NCBI GenBank assembly: GCA_963663165.1
Contig: OY760175.1
Span: 4,704,001-4,768,000, forward strand
DNA length: 64,000 nt
Source: an uncultured Desulfospira sp.
GTDB taxonomy: Bacteria > Desulfobacterota > Desulfobacteria > Desulfobacterales > Desulfobacteraceae
Direction of reading: 5' to 3'
Part shown: positions 9,953 through 19,913 of the stretch, one piece after another
Numbering within the stretch: position 1 is the stretch's first letter
Layout: each line of letters begins with the position of its first letter
The notes under the pieces: model-generated
Databases searched by the model: none
What the model was told of the DNA's origin: nothing
What the model saw: the letters and a program-made list of their open reading frames with translations, nothing else
Position numbers and translations under genes: made by a program

Positions 9953-11401
9953 ATGTCAGATAAACCGGATCAGGATGACACCATGGAGGAGATGAGCTTT
10001 GAACAGCTTTTTGAATCCTATGATGAAAAATTAAACCGGGACCTGAAACAGGGGGATATGGTGGAAGGAAAAATTATTTCCATCGGCAAATCCTCTGTTT
10101 ACGTGGATACCGGGACCAAAAGCGACGGGGTGGTGGAAAAGGTTGAGCTTTTGGATGAAAACGGCGAATTCCCCTTTCAGGCCGGTGATGTCCTTAAATT
10201 GTATGTTGTGTCCATGAGCGAAAGTGAGATTATCCTGTCCAGGGCCATTTCCGGTGCGGGCAAAGCCGCCATGCTCCTGGAAGCATACCAGGCCGGGACC
10301 CCGGTGGAGGGAAAGGTGACCGGCCAGGTCAAGGGCGGGTTCAGTGTGGACCTTCTGGGAAAACGCGGCTTTTGTCCGGTGAGCCAGATGGATGTCCGGT
10401 ATGTGGAAACCGGCGAGGATTATGTGGGGCAGACCCACACCTTCCTAATTACCAAATACGAGGAAAAAGGCCGGAATATTGTGGTTTCCAGAAAAGAGCT
10501 GCTTCTTGAACAGATCCGGGAAGAGCAGGAGGCCTTTCTGGCCCGGGTGGCTGCGGGCGACACGGTTCAGGGAACCGTCACCAAGATGATGTCCTTTGGG
10601 GCCTTTATCGAGCTTGCCCCCGGTGTGGAAGGCATGGCCCATATTTCCGAACTGAGCTGGTCCCGGGTGGAAAAACCCGAAGAGGTCCTCAGTGTGGGAG
10701 AACCGGTCACGGCAAAAATATTGAAAATCGACCACCAGGAGCAGGGGCCTCCCAAAATTTCCCTTTCCCTTAAGCAGACCCTGGGCAATCCCTGGGACAA
10801 TATGCAGGATTCCTTTCATGTGGGGGATCAGGTGAGTGGAACAGTGGTCCGGCTGGCCCCCTTTGGTGCGTTTGTCGAGCTGGCCCCGGGTGTGGATGGC
10901 CTGGTTCACATCAGTGAGATGAGCCATATCAAGCGGGTTCTCAGACCCGAAGACGTGGTGGAACAGGGGCAGACCGTTCAGGTGGTGATCAAGGCCATTG
11001 ATCTTGAGAGCAAACGGATTTCCCTGAGCATGAAAGATGCCTTGGGGGATCCCTGGACCGGTGCCAGTGCCAAGTACCCGGCGGGAACGGTCCTTGAGGG
11101 CCGCCTGGAAAAACGGGAGACATTCGGCCTGTTTGTCGTGCTTGAGCCTGGGGTGACCGGGCTGATGCCCATGTCCGGGATAAAAAATTCCCCTTCAGCA
11201 TCGGATTATGATAAACTCAAACCCGGCGACCCGGTGAATGCCCTGGTCCAGGAAGTAGACGAGGAAAAACGCAGAATCACCCTGGCACCGCCGGACCAGA
11301 AAGATCCGGATAATTGGAAACAGTTTGCCAAATCTGAAAAAACAAAGCCCATGGGTACGTTGGAAAGTGTGTTCCGGGAAGCCCTTAAAAAACAAAAATA
11401 A
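9953..11401 (+). CDS. rpsA: 30S ribosomal protein S1 (short form, about 5 S1 domains)
   Basis: SFEQLFESY N-terminus; repeated FGAFxELxPGVxGxxHISE S1 domains; ATG 9953 follows GGAGAGG. Confidence 0.9.
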   Translation: MSDKPDQDDTMEEMSFEQLFESYDEKLNRDLKQGDMVEGKIISIGKSSVYVDTGTKSDGVVEKVELLDENGEFPFQAGDVLKLYVVSMSESEIILSRAISGAGKAAMLLEAYQAGTPVEGKVTGQVKGGFSVDLLGKRGFCPVSQMDVRYVETGEDYVGQTHTFLITKYEEKGRNIVVSRKELLLEQIREEQEAFLARVAAGDTVQGTVTKMMSFGAFIELAPGVEGMAHISELSWSRVEKPEEVLSVGEPVTAKILKIDHQEQGPPKISLSLKQTLGNPWDNMQDSFHVGDQVSGTVVRLAPFGAFVELAPGVDGLVHISEMSHIKRVLRPEDVVEQGQTVQVVIKAIDLESKRISLSMKDALGDPWTGASAKYPAGTVLEGRLEKRETFGLFVVLEPGVTGLMPMSGIKNSPSASDYDKLKPGDPVNALVQEVDEEKRRITLAPPDQKDPDNWKQFAKSEKTKPMGTLESVFREALKKQK

Positions 11402-11413
11402 GCTTACCTTGTT

Positions 11414-11824
11414 ATGGAAACGGATATGAATGCCGGCCGGCCTGAAAAAGAGAACGCAAACCGCATCCTGTTGGTGGACGACGAGTCTTATATTTCTTCA
11501 GTGATCAGGGAGATGCTGGAGGACTATGGGTACGAGGTGGATATCATGAGCGATTCCGCCCAGGCCTTTGTGCATTTTAATGAAAACGGGGCCGACTATG
11601 GGATGGTGATCACCGATTATGCCATGTCCGGCATCAAAGGAGATGAGCTGATCCGGAAAATCCAGGAGATCCGGCCTGGTTTGCCCGCGGTTCTGTGCAG
11701 CGGCGTTCCCCTTCCCGTTCCAGTTACCCGTCAGATTACAACGGCCAGCATTTTGATTAAACCCTTTGATCTTGAAGAGCTTCTGGACCTTGTCCGTGAG
11801 TCGGTGACCCCTTCAATACCGTGA
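11414..11824 (+). CDS. Single-domain response regulator (receiver)
   Basis: ILLVDDE, VITDYAMS, LCSG, KPFD. Confidence 0.9.
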   Translation: METDMNAGRPEKENANRILLVDDESYISSVIREMLEDYGYEVDIMSDSAQAFVHFNENGADYGMVITDYAMSGIKGDELIRKIQEIRPGLPAVLCSGVPLPVPVTRQITTASILIKPFDLEELLDLVRESVTPSIP

Positions 11825-11853
11825 ATTTCCGGTCCGGCAGACCCGTGAGCGCT

Positions 11854-12705
11854 ATGGGAAAAAAACTGTTTGTTACGGATCTGGACGGGACCCTGTTTAA
11901 TGACGCAAGAACCATATCCGACCGGGACCGGCGCACCCTTGAAAAATTGCGAAAAAAAGGGGTGGCCACGGCCATTGCAACGGGAAGAAGCCTTTGGTCC
12001 CTTGTCCGGGCACTGGCGCATATCGGGATGGATTTAGAATCAATTCCCATTGATTACCTGGTGTTTGCCACCGGGGCCGGAACCATGGCGCTGCCGGGCA
12101 GACAGCTTTTAGAACAGCATGATATCCCCGAACCGGAAGTTGCGCAGCTCTGTGCCTATTTTACTGGTAAGGAAATGGATTTCATGGTCCATCGGGCCAT
12201 CCCCGATACCCATTATTTCTTATATAAACAGCATGGTCGAAAGAACCCGGATTTCTGGGAACGGGTGGCACTTTACCGGGAGTTTGCCGCGCCTCTGGAT
12301 GATCATGGGGCAATGGCCGGATCTGCCACAGAAGTGCTGGCGGTGCTGCCCGGGAAACCGGACCGGTCATGCCTGGAACAGATAAAAATTGATCTGGCCG
12401 GTTTCAGTGTAATCCATGCCACATCTCCTGTGGACCATGCGTCTTTGTGGGTGGAGGTGTTTCACCCTAAGGTTTCAAAGCGCCGTGCCATTCAACGGCT
12501 GGCCATGCGCCTGGACATCGGCCGGGAGCATGTCATTGCCGTGGGAAACGATTACAATGACCAGGATCTTCTTTCCTGGGCCGGCAGGGGATTTATCACG
12601 GCCAACGGCGCCGGGGATTTGCTGGATCGTTTTGAAAATACGGCATCCAATAATGACAGCGGGGTCAGCGAAGCCGCGCAGCTGGCCGGGTTAATAAAAA
12701 GGTAA
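11854..12705 (+). CDS. Cof-type HAD-IIB hydrolase
   Basis: TDLDGTL, ATGRS, VSKRRA, GNDYNDQD. Confidence 0.9.
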   Translation: MGKKLFVTDLDGTLFNDARTISDRDRRTLEKLRKKGVATAIATGRSLWSLVRALAHIGMDLESIPIDYLVFATGAGTMALPGRQLLEQHDIPEPEVAQLCAYFTGKEMDFMVHRAIPDTHYFLYKQHGRKNPDFWERVALYREFAAPLDDHGAMAGSATEVLAVLPGKPDRSCLEQIKIDLAGFSVIHATSPVDHASLWVEVFHPKVSKRRAIQRLAMRLDIGREHVIAVGNDYNDQDLLSWAGRGFITANGAGDLLDRFENTASNNDSGVSEAAQLAGLIKR

Positions 12706-12766
12706 TTAGGCTGAAGGTGGTTAGACTGAAGGCTGTGCAACCCTAAACTACTTCAGCCTAAATCCC
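12706..12766. repeat. AGGCTGAAG/CTTCAGCCT hairpin repeat, copy 1
   Basis: TTAGGCTGAAGGTGGTTAGACTGAAGG...CTTCAGCCTAAATCCC; inverted relative at 53365..53433. Confidence 0.7.
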
Positions 12767-12797
12767 CTACATTTTAGCGGTTTTTGATCCCCATTTG

Positions 12798-13796
12798 TTA
12801 ATAATCCGTCTCATCTTCTTCTGTCAGCGAAATGTTCAGATGGGGGTAAAGCTTGTTGGAGCAGGCCGGGCAGATCCCGTGGGAAAAGGTGATGTCATCG
12901 AGAAATTCTTCTATGGGAATCCACCCTTTCCGGTTATCCCGGATACTTTTGCAATTGGCACAGATGATTTTGATGTCGCTGGAGTGGCGGGTCTGTTCTT
13001 CCATAAATCTGCGGTAGTTTTCCCGAAGTTCGATTTGTCGTGAGATGTCCCTGACAACGGCAATGGCGCCGCTATACTGGTTTTTTTCATCAAATAAGGG
13101 GCTGCATGCCAGCTCGGTATGGACCGGATCTCCGCTGTGGTTGATCATCTGGATTTCGTACCGGCTGCTCTTGCCCTGGCGGCGGATCTGGGTCTGTTTT
13201 TTTATAATTTCGAAGCTTTCTGGGGTGGTCAGCTTCTTGATGTTCTGGTTGAGCAGGGAATCTTTTGGGTATCCGAGCATTTTATAAAAGGCCGGGTTGG
13301 CAAAGGTTAAAACTTCATTTTCATCTGCCGTTAATACGCCCTCAACGATTTGCTCGGTAATGGTTCTGTACCGGGCCTCGCTTTTCTCGAGGCGATCCCT
13401 GTACCGCTGGTTTTCCTCCACCAGGTATTTATTTTCCAGCACTTTTCGGATGACATGATGGATCATGTCAAGGTCTTCAATGGGCTTGGTGATATAATCT
13501 TTTGCCCCCATGCGCAGGGCCGCAATGATATCTTTTTTCTCTCCGTATCCGGAGATAACGATCATCGGGGTTTCAGGGCTTTGGGTGCTGATTTCTTCCA
13601 TGACCTGGATGCCGGTTTTTTCAGGCATTTTCAGATCGGTGATGACCACATCAACCTTGTTGTTAAAAAAGAAATGCAAACCGGCCTTTCCGTTTTTCGC
13701 CTTCAGGACCTGGTACCCCTCATCGGTAAGAAAGGAGGCCAGGCTTTCCCTTATCGAAGATTCATCATCTATAATTAATATGGTTTCCTGGCGCAT
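12798..13796 (-). CDS. Response regulator with receiver, PAS and C-terminal Cys-rich domain
   Basis: ILIIDDE...VITDLKMP receiver; PAS ending VVRDIS; ICANCKSIRD...FSHGICPAC. Confidence 0.88.
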   Translation of the reverse strand: MRQETILIIDDESSIRESLASFLTDEGYQVLKAKNGKAGLHFFFNNKVDVVITDLKMPEKTGIQVMEEISTQSPETPMIVISGYGEKKDIIAALRMGAKDYITKPIEDLDMIHHVIRKVLENKYLVEENQRYRDRLEKSEARYRTITEQIVEGVLTADENEVLTFANPAFYKMLGYPKDSLLNQNIKKLTTPESFEIIKKQTQIRRQGKSSRYEIQMINHSGDPVHTELACSPLFDEKNQYSGAIAVVRDISRQIELRENYRRFMEEQTRHSSDIKIICANCKSIRDNRKGWIPIEEFLDDITFSHGICPACSNKLYPHLNISLTEEDETDY

Positions 13797-13829
13797 GGTG
13801 TGATCCGCATTCGTTTTTTCTGTATCTGG

Positions 13830-14549
13830 CTATAGCGTTTCAATGAGTTGTTTCATGTCCCGTACGGCCCGGTCTATCCCTGTGAGAACCGCCCGTGAGA
13901 TGATGCTGTGGCCAATGCTGTATTCGGTGATTTCTTCAAGCCCTTTAAAGGCTTTGACGGTGTTGTAACAGATCCCGTGTCCGGCATGGACCCCTAACCT
14001 GAGTTTGCTCCCCATTTTAGCGGCGTCCGTAATTCTTAAAAACTCCATCTGCCGGCGGGATTCGGACCGGGCATCGCAAAAGGCGCCGGTATGGATCTCA
14101 ATGGCGTTCGCATCAATTCGATGGGCAATTCTGATCTGGTCCAGGTCGGGATCAATAAAAATGCAGGCCTTGATTCCGGCATTTTTCAGGGTAGACACGG
14201 CTTCATGGATGTGGTCCTGGTGGGTGATCAGGTCAAGTCCCCCTTCGGTGGTCAGCTCCTGCCGTTTTTCCGGCACCAGGGTAACGGTGTCCGGCTTGAT
14301 GTCCAGGGCAATACCCAACATTTCACTGGTGGCGGCCATTTCCAGGATGAGCCGGGTCTGAACCACCTGGCGCAGAAGCCGGACGTCCCTTTCCTGGATA
14401 TGCCTTCGGTCTTCTCGCAAATGAACCACGATGGCATCGGCCCCAGCGGCTTCAGCTGTTAGTGCGGCCGCTACCGGGTCCGGGTAGCGGGCACCCCTGG
14501 CCTGCCTTAATGTGGCCACATGGTCTACGTTTACGGCCAGTTCTGCCAT
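13830..14549 (-). CDS. pdxJ: Pyridoxine 5'-phosphate synthase
   Basis: LAVNVDHVATLRQAR, HLREDRRHIQ, LVPEKRQELTTEGG, HAGHG. Confidence 0.98.
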   Translation of the reverse strand: MAELAVNVDHVATLRQARGARYPDPVAAALTAEAAGADAIVVHLREDRRHIQERDVRLLRQVVQTRLILEMAATSEMLGIALDIKPDTVTLVPEKRQELTTEGGLDLITHQDHIHEAVSTLKNAGIKACIFIDPDLDQIRIAHRIDANAIEIHTGAFCDARSESRRQMEFLRITDAAKMGSKLRLGVHAGHGICYNTVKAFKGLEEITEYSIGHSIISRAVLTGIDRAVRDMKQLIETL

Positions 14550-14573
14550 TTTTTCTCCTTGTTATGAAAGTGG

Positions 14574-14601
14574 TTAGCTATTAGCCGTTAGCGGTTAGCC
14601 T
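14574..14601. repeat. Tandem TTAGCNN heptamers (4 units)
   Basis: TTAGCTA TTAGCCG TTAGCGG TTAGCCT. Confidence 0.7.
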
Positions 14602-14651
14602 TCAACCGTCGTGGGTATTCACACCCTGCCGGGGCCGGTTTTGCCCTGCTG

Positions 14652-15116
14652 TTAAAATGCGGTTAGATCCGGGTTGTTTTCTATCAGCCGCAGCAGTTCT
14701 ATGCTTTTTTTCTCCATGAGATCGGCCTCCCGGCCCCCTTTTTCATGGTCAAATCCGATCAGGTGAAGGACCCCGTGGACGAGCAGCTGGGACATTCTTT
14801 CTTCTAAGGTGATGCCAGCTTCACCGGCCTCCCTGACAGCGGTCTGGGCGGATATGACCACATCCCCTAAAAGCCCGGGGGTGATGTCGCCGAACTGCCC
14901 TTCCTGCATGGCAAAAGACAGCACATTGGTGGGTTTTGCAATCCCCCGGTAGGTCCGGTTAAGGTCTTCAATGCCTTGGTCATCCATGATGACCAGTGAG
15001 AGTTCATGGGCGTTAAAGCCCAAGGCGTTTAAGATCTGTTCGGTCTTTTTGTACAGGGGCGGGGTTGGGATTTTCGTTTCTTGCCGGTTGTCGATCAGGA
15101 TCTTTGGGGAGGCCAT
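14652..15116 (-). CDS. ybeY: rRNA maturation endoribonuclease YbeY
   Basis: LNRTYRG..PTNVLSF, LGDVVIS, HGVLHLIGFDH; probable ATG at 15116. Confidence 0.95.
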   Translation of the reverse strand: MASPKILIDNRQETKIPTPPLYKKTEQILNALGFNAHELSLVIMDDQGIEDLNRTYRGIAKPTNVLSFAMQEGQFGDITPGLLGDVVISAQTAVREAGEAGITLEERMSQLLVHGVLHLIGFDHEKGGREADLMEKKSIELLRLIENNPDLTAF

Positions 15117-17412
15117 TTTTCTCTTTTTTCTTTTCCTGGGGTTTTTCGATATACTCAATCCGGTTATGGTAGATGCTGGTCAGTATGGTATTAAAGCTTT
15201 TTGCGATCTCATGAAGGTCCTTTAAGGTCAGTTCACACTCTTCTAACTGGCCGTCGGCAAAAATGTCATTGATCAGCTCTTTTACCCGGCCTTTGATCCT
15301 GGCTGGCGTGGGCCGCTCCAGGGCCCTGACTGCCGCTTCCACCACATCGGCCAGCATGACAATACCGGCTTCCCGGGTCTGGGGCCTGGGGCCCGGGTAC
15401 CTGAAATCTTCTTCATTGATATTCTCATTGCCTGATTTCAGGCTCTTGTTGTAAAAATATTTGATCAAAGAGGTGCCGTGATGCTGGGCAATCCCTTCAA
15501 TGACCTCGCTTCCCAGTTTGTATTTTTTGGCCAGTTCCGCCCCTTTTTTAACATGCTGGATCAGGATCAGGGCGGACATGGACGGCGACAGCTTGTCATG
15601 CCGGTTTTTTCCGTCTGCCTGGTTTTCAATGAAATACATGGGCTTGTCCAGCTTGCCGATATCGTGGTAATACCCCATGACCTTTGCCTTGAGGCCCGAA
15701 GCGCTGATGGCCGATGCGGCCGCCTCGGCCAGTGTGGCCACAATCAGGCTGTGGTTATAAGTCCCGGGGGCCTCAATCATCAGTTTTTTAATCAGGGGCT
15801 GGTCCAGGTGGGAAAATTCCAGCAGCTTGGTTTCTGTGGTGTAGTCGAACAACAGTTCAATCAGGGGGGTAAACCCGATGGTCAGGGTGGCGGCCAGAAG
15901 TCCCCCGCAAAAGGCCAGCATCACCTCTTTGGCCAGCAGCAGTAGTTCGGTCTGGCTTTGGGTGTAAAACCCCAGGGTGATGGCCAGAACCGCATTGATA
16001 ATGGCCAGTTTAAATCCGGCCAGAATGAAGTTTTTGCGTTCCTGCCGTTCCCGGATCCAATAGGCGGCCGTGATGCTGCTTAAAAAGAAAAACAGGAAAA
16101 TCTGGAAATTGCCGCCAAAGGAGAGGCTGGCCAGGATGGACAGCACAATGGTAAAATAAAGGGCAATGTCAAACCCGAGAAACAGGCAGGCAATCATGGC
16201 TGCCCCGGGAACCGGAATGATCATGTAAAAGGATGAGGTGGCCACTTCCCAGGTGGTTTCCGGGTTGGCTGACTGGGCAAGGTAAATGGCGGTCTGGACA
16301 AAGCCAAGGTATAACATCAGCCCTAGCGCCAGGAACAGCATATGTTTGTTGTGGCTTTTCTGAAGCGCCTTGTGGGTTTTTAAAAACAGAAAGTAGACAA
16401 TCAGAATCAGGGAAAAGGTGGTCATGGCAACACCGGTTACGGCCATGGTCACATCCACCGTTTTTTCCTCGGTCTGCTCCTCAAGGGCATTGAGTTTCAT
16501 CAGCCTGAGTTTGTCCACCACATCCCCTTCCCTGAGAATGATTTCCCCTGACTTGATCTGGTACATCACCGGTTTAATGGTGGACTGGACATTCAGTATC
16601 CGTTTTTCGGTTTCATTTTTGTTCAAGGTGATGTTGGGCACAAGCAGGGCCTGGCAGATATCCACAATCAGGTTGGACAGGTTGTAATTTTCCTTTTTCA
16701 GGATAGGCTCGCCTTCGATCCTGACCATGGCCTTGGCCTGGTCAGGCCCGTAAAAGACTTTGAGGTTGGTGACGACCTTTTCTTCGTTGGTCTGGATGGT
16801 CCTTAAAATGATTCCCTTGCTTTCTTCTTTGAGCAGGATGTCTTTATTGGCCACAACACCGTTGGTCAGGATCTTTTCCACAATGGCTTTGATTTTGTCG
16901 CTGATATCCTGGGAGAATTTGTATTTATAAAGAATGTTGTAAGCCCCCTTGCTCAGTTCAATGCCGAGTTTCTCTTCAAAGGCCGGCTTGGTTTCCAGAA
17001 CCTGGGCAAAGGTCGGTTCTAAGGGGGCAAGACCCTGGGGATCCGCGGTAATGTCCGGGGAAGTAATGAACAGCTTCTGGCCAAGCGCCATTGCCTCATC
17101 TACATTGGACGAGATTTCCGTTAACAGCCCGGCATCAAAATCATAGACGATTTTTACTGATTCTCTGATCTCATTTTTTCGTTTCCGGGTGACCTCCTTA
17201 TCTTCAATAAAGAAGTCTTTGTGGGCCTTGACGTCTCGTTTTGCCACATCCCCGATCTGGTAGGAAAAGGTGATCTGTTTTTTTTCAGGCGGCACCTGGG
17301 ACAGGGTAAACAGGGCCGTCACTGTAAACAGCATGACCCACAAGGGGAAGGGTGAGGAAGATAAAAATTTGCCGGCCTGTTTGGTCCAGGCCTCATTTTT
17401 TGTTTTTTTCAT
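15013..17412 (-). CDS. 7TM-HDIG phosphohydrolase (PgpH-like cyclic-dinucleotide phosphodiesterase family)
   Basis: Extracytoplasmic domain, about 7 TM segments, APGTYNHS, YYHDIGK, HHGTS, MLADVVEAA; phoH-HD-ybeY synteny. Confidence 0.92.
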   Translation of the reverse strand: MKKTKNEAWTKQAGKFLSSSPFPLWVMLFTVTALFTLSQVPPEKKQITFSYQIGDVAKRDVKAHKDFFIEDKEVTRKRKNEIRESVKIVYDFDAGLLTEISSNVDEAMALGQKLFITSPDITADPQGLAPLEPTFAQVLETKPAFEEKLGIELSKGAYNILYKYKFSQDISDKIKAIVEKILTNGVVANKDILLKEESKGIILRTIQTNEEKVVTNLKVFYGPDQAKAMVRIEGEPILKKENYNLSNLIVDICQALLVPNITLNKNETEKRILNVQSTIKPVMYQIKSGEIILREGDVVDKLRLMKLNALEEQTEEKTVDVTMAVTGVAMTTFSLILIVYFLFLKTHKALQKSHNKHMLFLALGLMLYLGFVQTAIYLAQSANPETTWEVATSSFYMIIPVPGAAMIACLFLGFDIALYFTIVLSILASLSFGGNFQIFLFFFLSSITAAYWIRERQERKNFILAGFKLAIINAVLAITLGFYTQSQTELLLLAKEVMLAFCGGLLAATLTIGFTPLIELLFDYTTETKLLEFSHLDQPLIKKLMIEAPGTYNHSLIVATLAEAAASAISASGLKAKVMGYYHDIGKLDKPMYFIENQADGKNRHDKLSPSMSALILIQHVKKGAELAKKYKLGSEVIEGIAQHHGTSLIKYFYNKSLKSGNENINEEDFRYPGPRPQTREAGIVMLADVVEAAVRALERPTPARIKGRVKELINDIFADGQLEECELTLKDLHEIAKSFNTILTSIYHNRIEYIEKPQEKKKEKNGLPKDPDRQPARNENPNPAPVQKDRTDLKRLGL

Positions 17413-18337
17413 AGGCCTCAATAATATCGGAAACCAAGCGGTGTCTTACCACATCATCCTTTGAAAAATACAGAAAATCAATACCGTTTATCCGTGTCAA
17501 TATATTGCGCGCTTCAATCAGGCCGGACCGTTTCTTGTCCGGCAGGTCGATCTGGGTAATATCCCCGGTTACAATGGCCTTTGACCCGTAGCCAAGTCTG
17601 GTCAGAAACATCTTCATCTGCTGGGGCGTGGTGTTCTGGGCCTCGTCCAGGATGATAAAGGCGTTGTTTAAGGTTCTGCCCCGCATAAATGCCAGGGGGG
17701 CAATCTCAATGGCCTCCTGCTCAATATAGGCCCTGGCCTTTTCAAAATCAAGCATATCATACAGGGCATCATACAAAGGCCGAAGGTAGGGATTGATTTT
17801 ATCGGCCAGATCCCCTGGAAGAAAGCCCAATGCCTCACCGGCTTCAACGGCCGGGCGGGTCAGGATAATCTTTTTAACATCGCCATTGGTGAAAGCGGCC
17901 ACGGCCATGGCCATGGCCAGATATGTCTTTCCAGTGCCGGCCGGTCCGATGGCAAACAAAATATCATTGGTTTTAATGGCATTGACATAGGCGTTCTGGG
18001 CTGGATTTCTCGGGGCAACGGCCCGGTTTTTGGCCGTAACAAACACGGTGTTTAAAAAGATAGGCCGCAAGGATGCGTGGTTGTTTTTTTTGATGACGGC
18101 TGCGGCGGCATCCACGTCCTGGGGGGTCAGGTCAAAATTTTCTTTGAGCAGTCCGTAGAGCTCGCCAAGCAGGCGGGCCACCCGGTCGGCATCTTCCGGG
18201 TTTCCGGAAATGGTCAGTTCGTTTCCCCTGGAGTTGATATCCAGGTTAAACTGCCGTGACAATTTTTTTAGGTGAATATTATGAAATCCGAACAGCTTCC
18301 TGGCCAGGCCGGGGTTTTTAAACTCAAGGGTCTTCAT
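17393..18337 (-). CDS. phoH: PhoH family ATPase
   Basis: GPAGTGKTYLA, LTRPAVEAGE, AFMRGRTL, LDEAQN, DVVRH. Confidence 0.95.
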   Translation of the reverse strand: MKTLEFKNPGLARKLFGFHNIHLKKLSRQFNLDINSRGNELTISGNPEDADRVARLLGELYGLLKENFDLTPQDVDAAAAVIKKNNHASLRPIFLNTVFVTAKNRAVAPRNPAQNAYVNAIKTNDILFAIGPAGTGKTYLAMAMAVAAFTNGDVKKIILTRPAVEAGEALGFLPGDLADKINPYLRPLYDALYDMLDFEKARAYIEQEAIEIAPLAFMRGRTLNNAFIILDEAQNTTPQQMKMFLTRLGYGSKAIVTGDITQIDLPDKKRSGLIEARNILTRINGIDFLYFSKDDVVRHRLVSDIIEAYEKNKK

Positions 18338-18420
18338 GGGCTATAAGGTGCAACTTATTTAATAAAAGGTCAATAAAAATCTTGACTGAAAAATTGCTCC
18401 CCTGGTAATTATGGAAGCTG

Positions 18421-18462
18421 TTGGCTTTTAGCTTTTAGCCGTTAGCATTTAGCTGTTAGCCT
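18421..18462. repeat. Tandem TTAGCNN heptamers (6 units)
   Basis: TTGGCTT TTAGCTT TTAGCCG TTAGCAT TTAGCTG TTAGCCT. Confidence 0.75.
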
Positions 18463-18564
18463 TTGGATGATAGCTGATGCGCTTTGTTTTGGGGGTACTC
18501 TTGGTTCGGGCCTGGAACCGTTTTAAAAATGATTCAGTTGAATGGATAAAAAAAGGGCGTGTCA

Positions 18565-19086
18565 ATGAACGGATTTGATTTGCTGGTCCTGATGGTGCTG
18601 GGCGTCTGCCTGGTGTTGGGTTTTTTTAAAGGATTGATCCGTGAAGCGTCGGGGATTATCGGGGTGATTGCCGGGTTTTACGGGGCAAACACCTATTTTG
18701 GGCGGCTGATTCCTTATCTGGACCCGCTGATGGATTCTTTATGGCTGAAAAAACTGATCTGTTTTTTTGCCGTTTTTTGTGCGGTTCTCATAGTGGTGGC
18801 CTTGATTGCGGCCCTGATTCGAAAATTCCTCCATCTGGTGTTTTTAGGCTGGGTTGATCGGACCTTCGGGCTGGTATTCGGGGCGGCCAAGGGGCTGTTG
18901 ATCGTGTCGGTTCTCTTTATCATGGCCACCGTGTTTATCCCCAACAGCAGTGGATACCTGGCCGAATCCAGGACCGCCCCGTACATTGCCGCTGTCTCAA
19001 ATGCCATGGGGATTTTTGTTTCCCAGAATATTAAATCCGATTTTATAAAACAGATAAAAGGAATGAAACTCAATTGGAATCAATAG
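18565..19086 (+). CDS. CvpA family membrane protein
   Basis: MNGFD...GFFKGLIRE; LGWVDRTFGLVFGAAKG; hydrophobic segments. Confidence 0.88.
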   Translation: MNGFDLLVLMVLGVCLVLGFFKGLIREASGIIGVIAGFYGANTYFGRLIPYLDPLMDSLWLKKLICFFAVFCAVLIVVALIAALIRKFLHLVFLGWVDRTFGLVFGAAKGLLIVSVLFIMATVFIPNSSGYLAESRTAPYIAAVSNAMGIFVSQNIKSDFIKQIKGMKLNWNQ

Positions 19087-19913
19087 CCCCCATCCTGGAC
19101 ATTATCAGGACCCTCAGAGGAAAAAACGGCTGTTCCTGGGACCAGAAGCAGACGGCGCTGACCATGTGGCGTTGTCTGGCCGAAGAATTGTATGAGCTGG
19201 AAGAAGGCCTGGTAAAAGAAGATACGGCCAATATTTGTGAAGAACTCGGGGATGTTCTGTTCCAGGTCCTGTTTATCATGGAAATTTTCCATGATGCAGG
19301 GCAGATCCCCTTTGATCAGGTGGTTGAGGCGGTGGCCCAAAAAATGATCCGGCGCCATCCCCACGTTTACGGTGAAGCTATGGTAAACAGTGATGAAGAA
19401 CTTCACCGGCAATGGGACCGGATAAAGGTGCTTGAAAAGGCGGATCAGAAAAAAACTTCCGGACAGGGGCAGAAAGTGCCGCCAAAATCCGCCCTGGATT
19501 CCGTTCCCAAGGGAATGCCCGGTCTTTTAAGAACCATGAAAGTGTCCAAATGCGCGGTTAAGCAAGGGTTTGACTGGGACAGTATGGCCGGGGTTGTAGA
19601 TAAGGTAAAAGAAGAAATTCGTGAATTTGAGACCGCCGTGGCGGAAAATGATTCAGATAACGCCATGGTGGAGTTTGGTGATATTTTGTTTTCTCTGGTC
19701 AATGTGGCCCGGTTTGCCGGCTTTCACCCGGAAACGGCCCTGGGAAGGTCAACGGCCAAGTTTGAGGCCCGGTTCAGAACCATGGAGACCCTTCTGGAAA
19801 AAGACGGTCAGGTGCTGAAGACGCTTTCACCTCAGGCAAAAGATGAATACTGGAACCGGGCCAAACAGCTGACAGGCAGGCAGATTACAGATAATCCCCC
19901 CGCTGGAATTTAA
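19074..19913 (+). CDS. mazG: Nucleoside triphosphate pyrophosphohydrolase MazG
   Basis: GCSWDQKQT, EELGDVLFQ, KMIRRHPHVY, GFDW, EFGDILF. Confidence 0.95.
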   Translation: MESIAPILDIIRTLRGKNGCSWDQKQTALTMWRCLAEELYELEEGLVKEDTANICEELGDVLFQVLFIMEIFHDAGQIPFDQVVEAVAQKMIRRHPHVYGEAMVNSDEELHRQWDRIKVLEKADQKKTSGQGQKVPPKSALDSVPKGMPGLLRTMKVSKCAVKQGFDWDSMAGVVDKVKEEIREFETAVAENDSDNAMVEFGDILFSLVNVARFAGFHPETALGRSTAKFEARFRTMETLLEKDGQVLKTLSPQAKDEYWNRAKQLTGRQITDNPPAGI

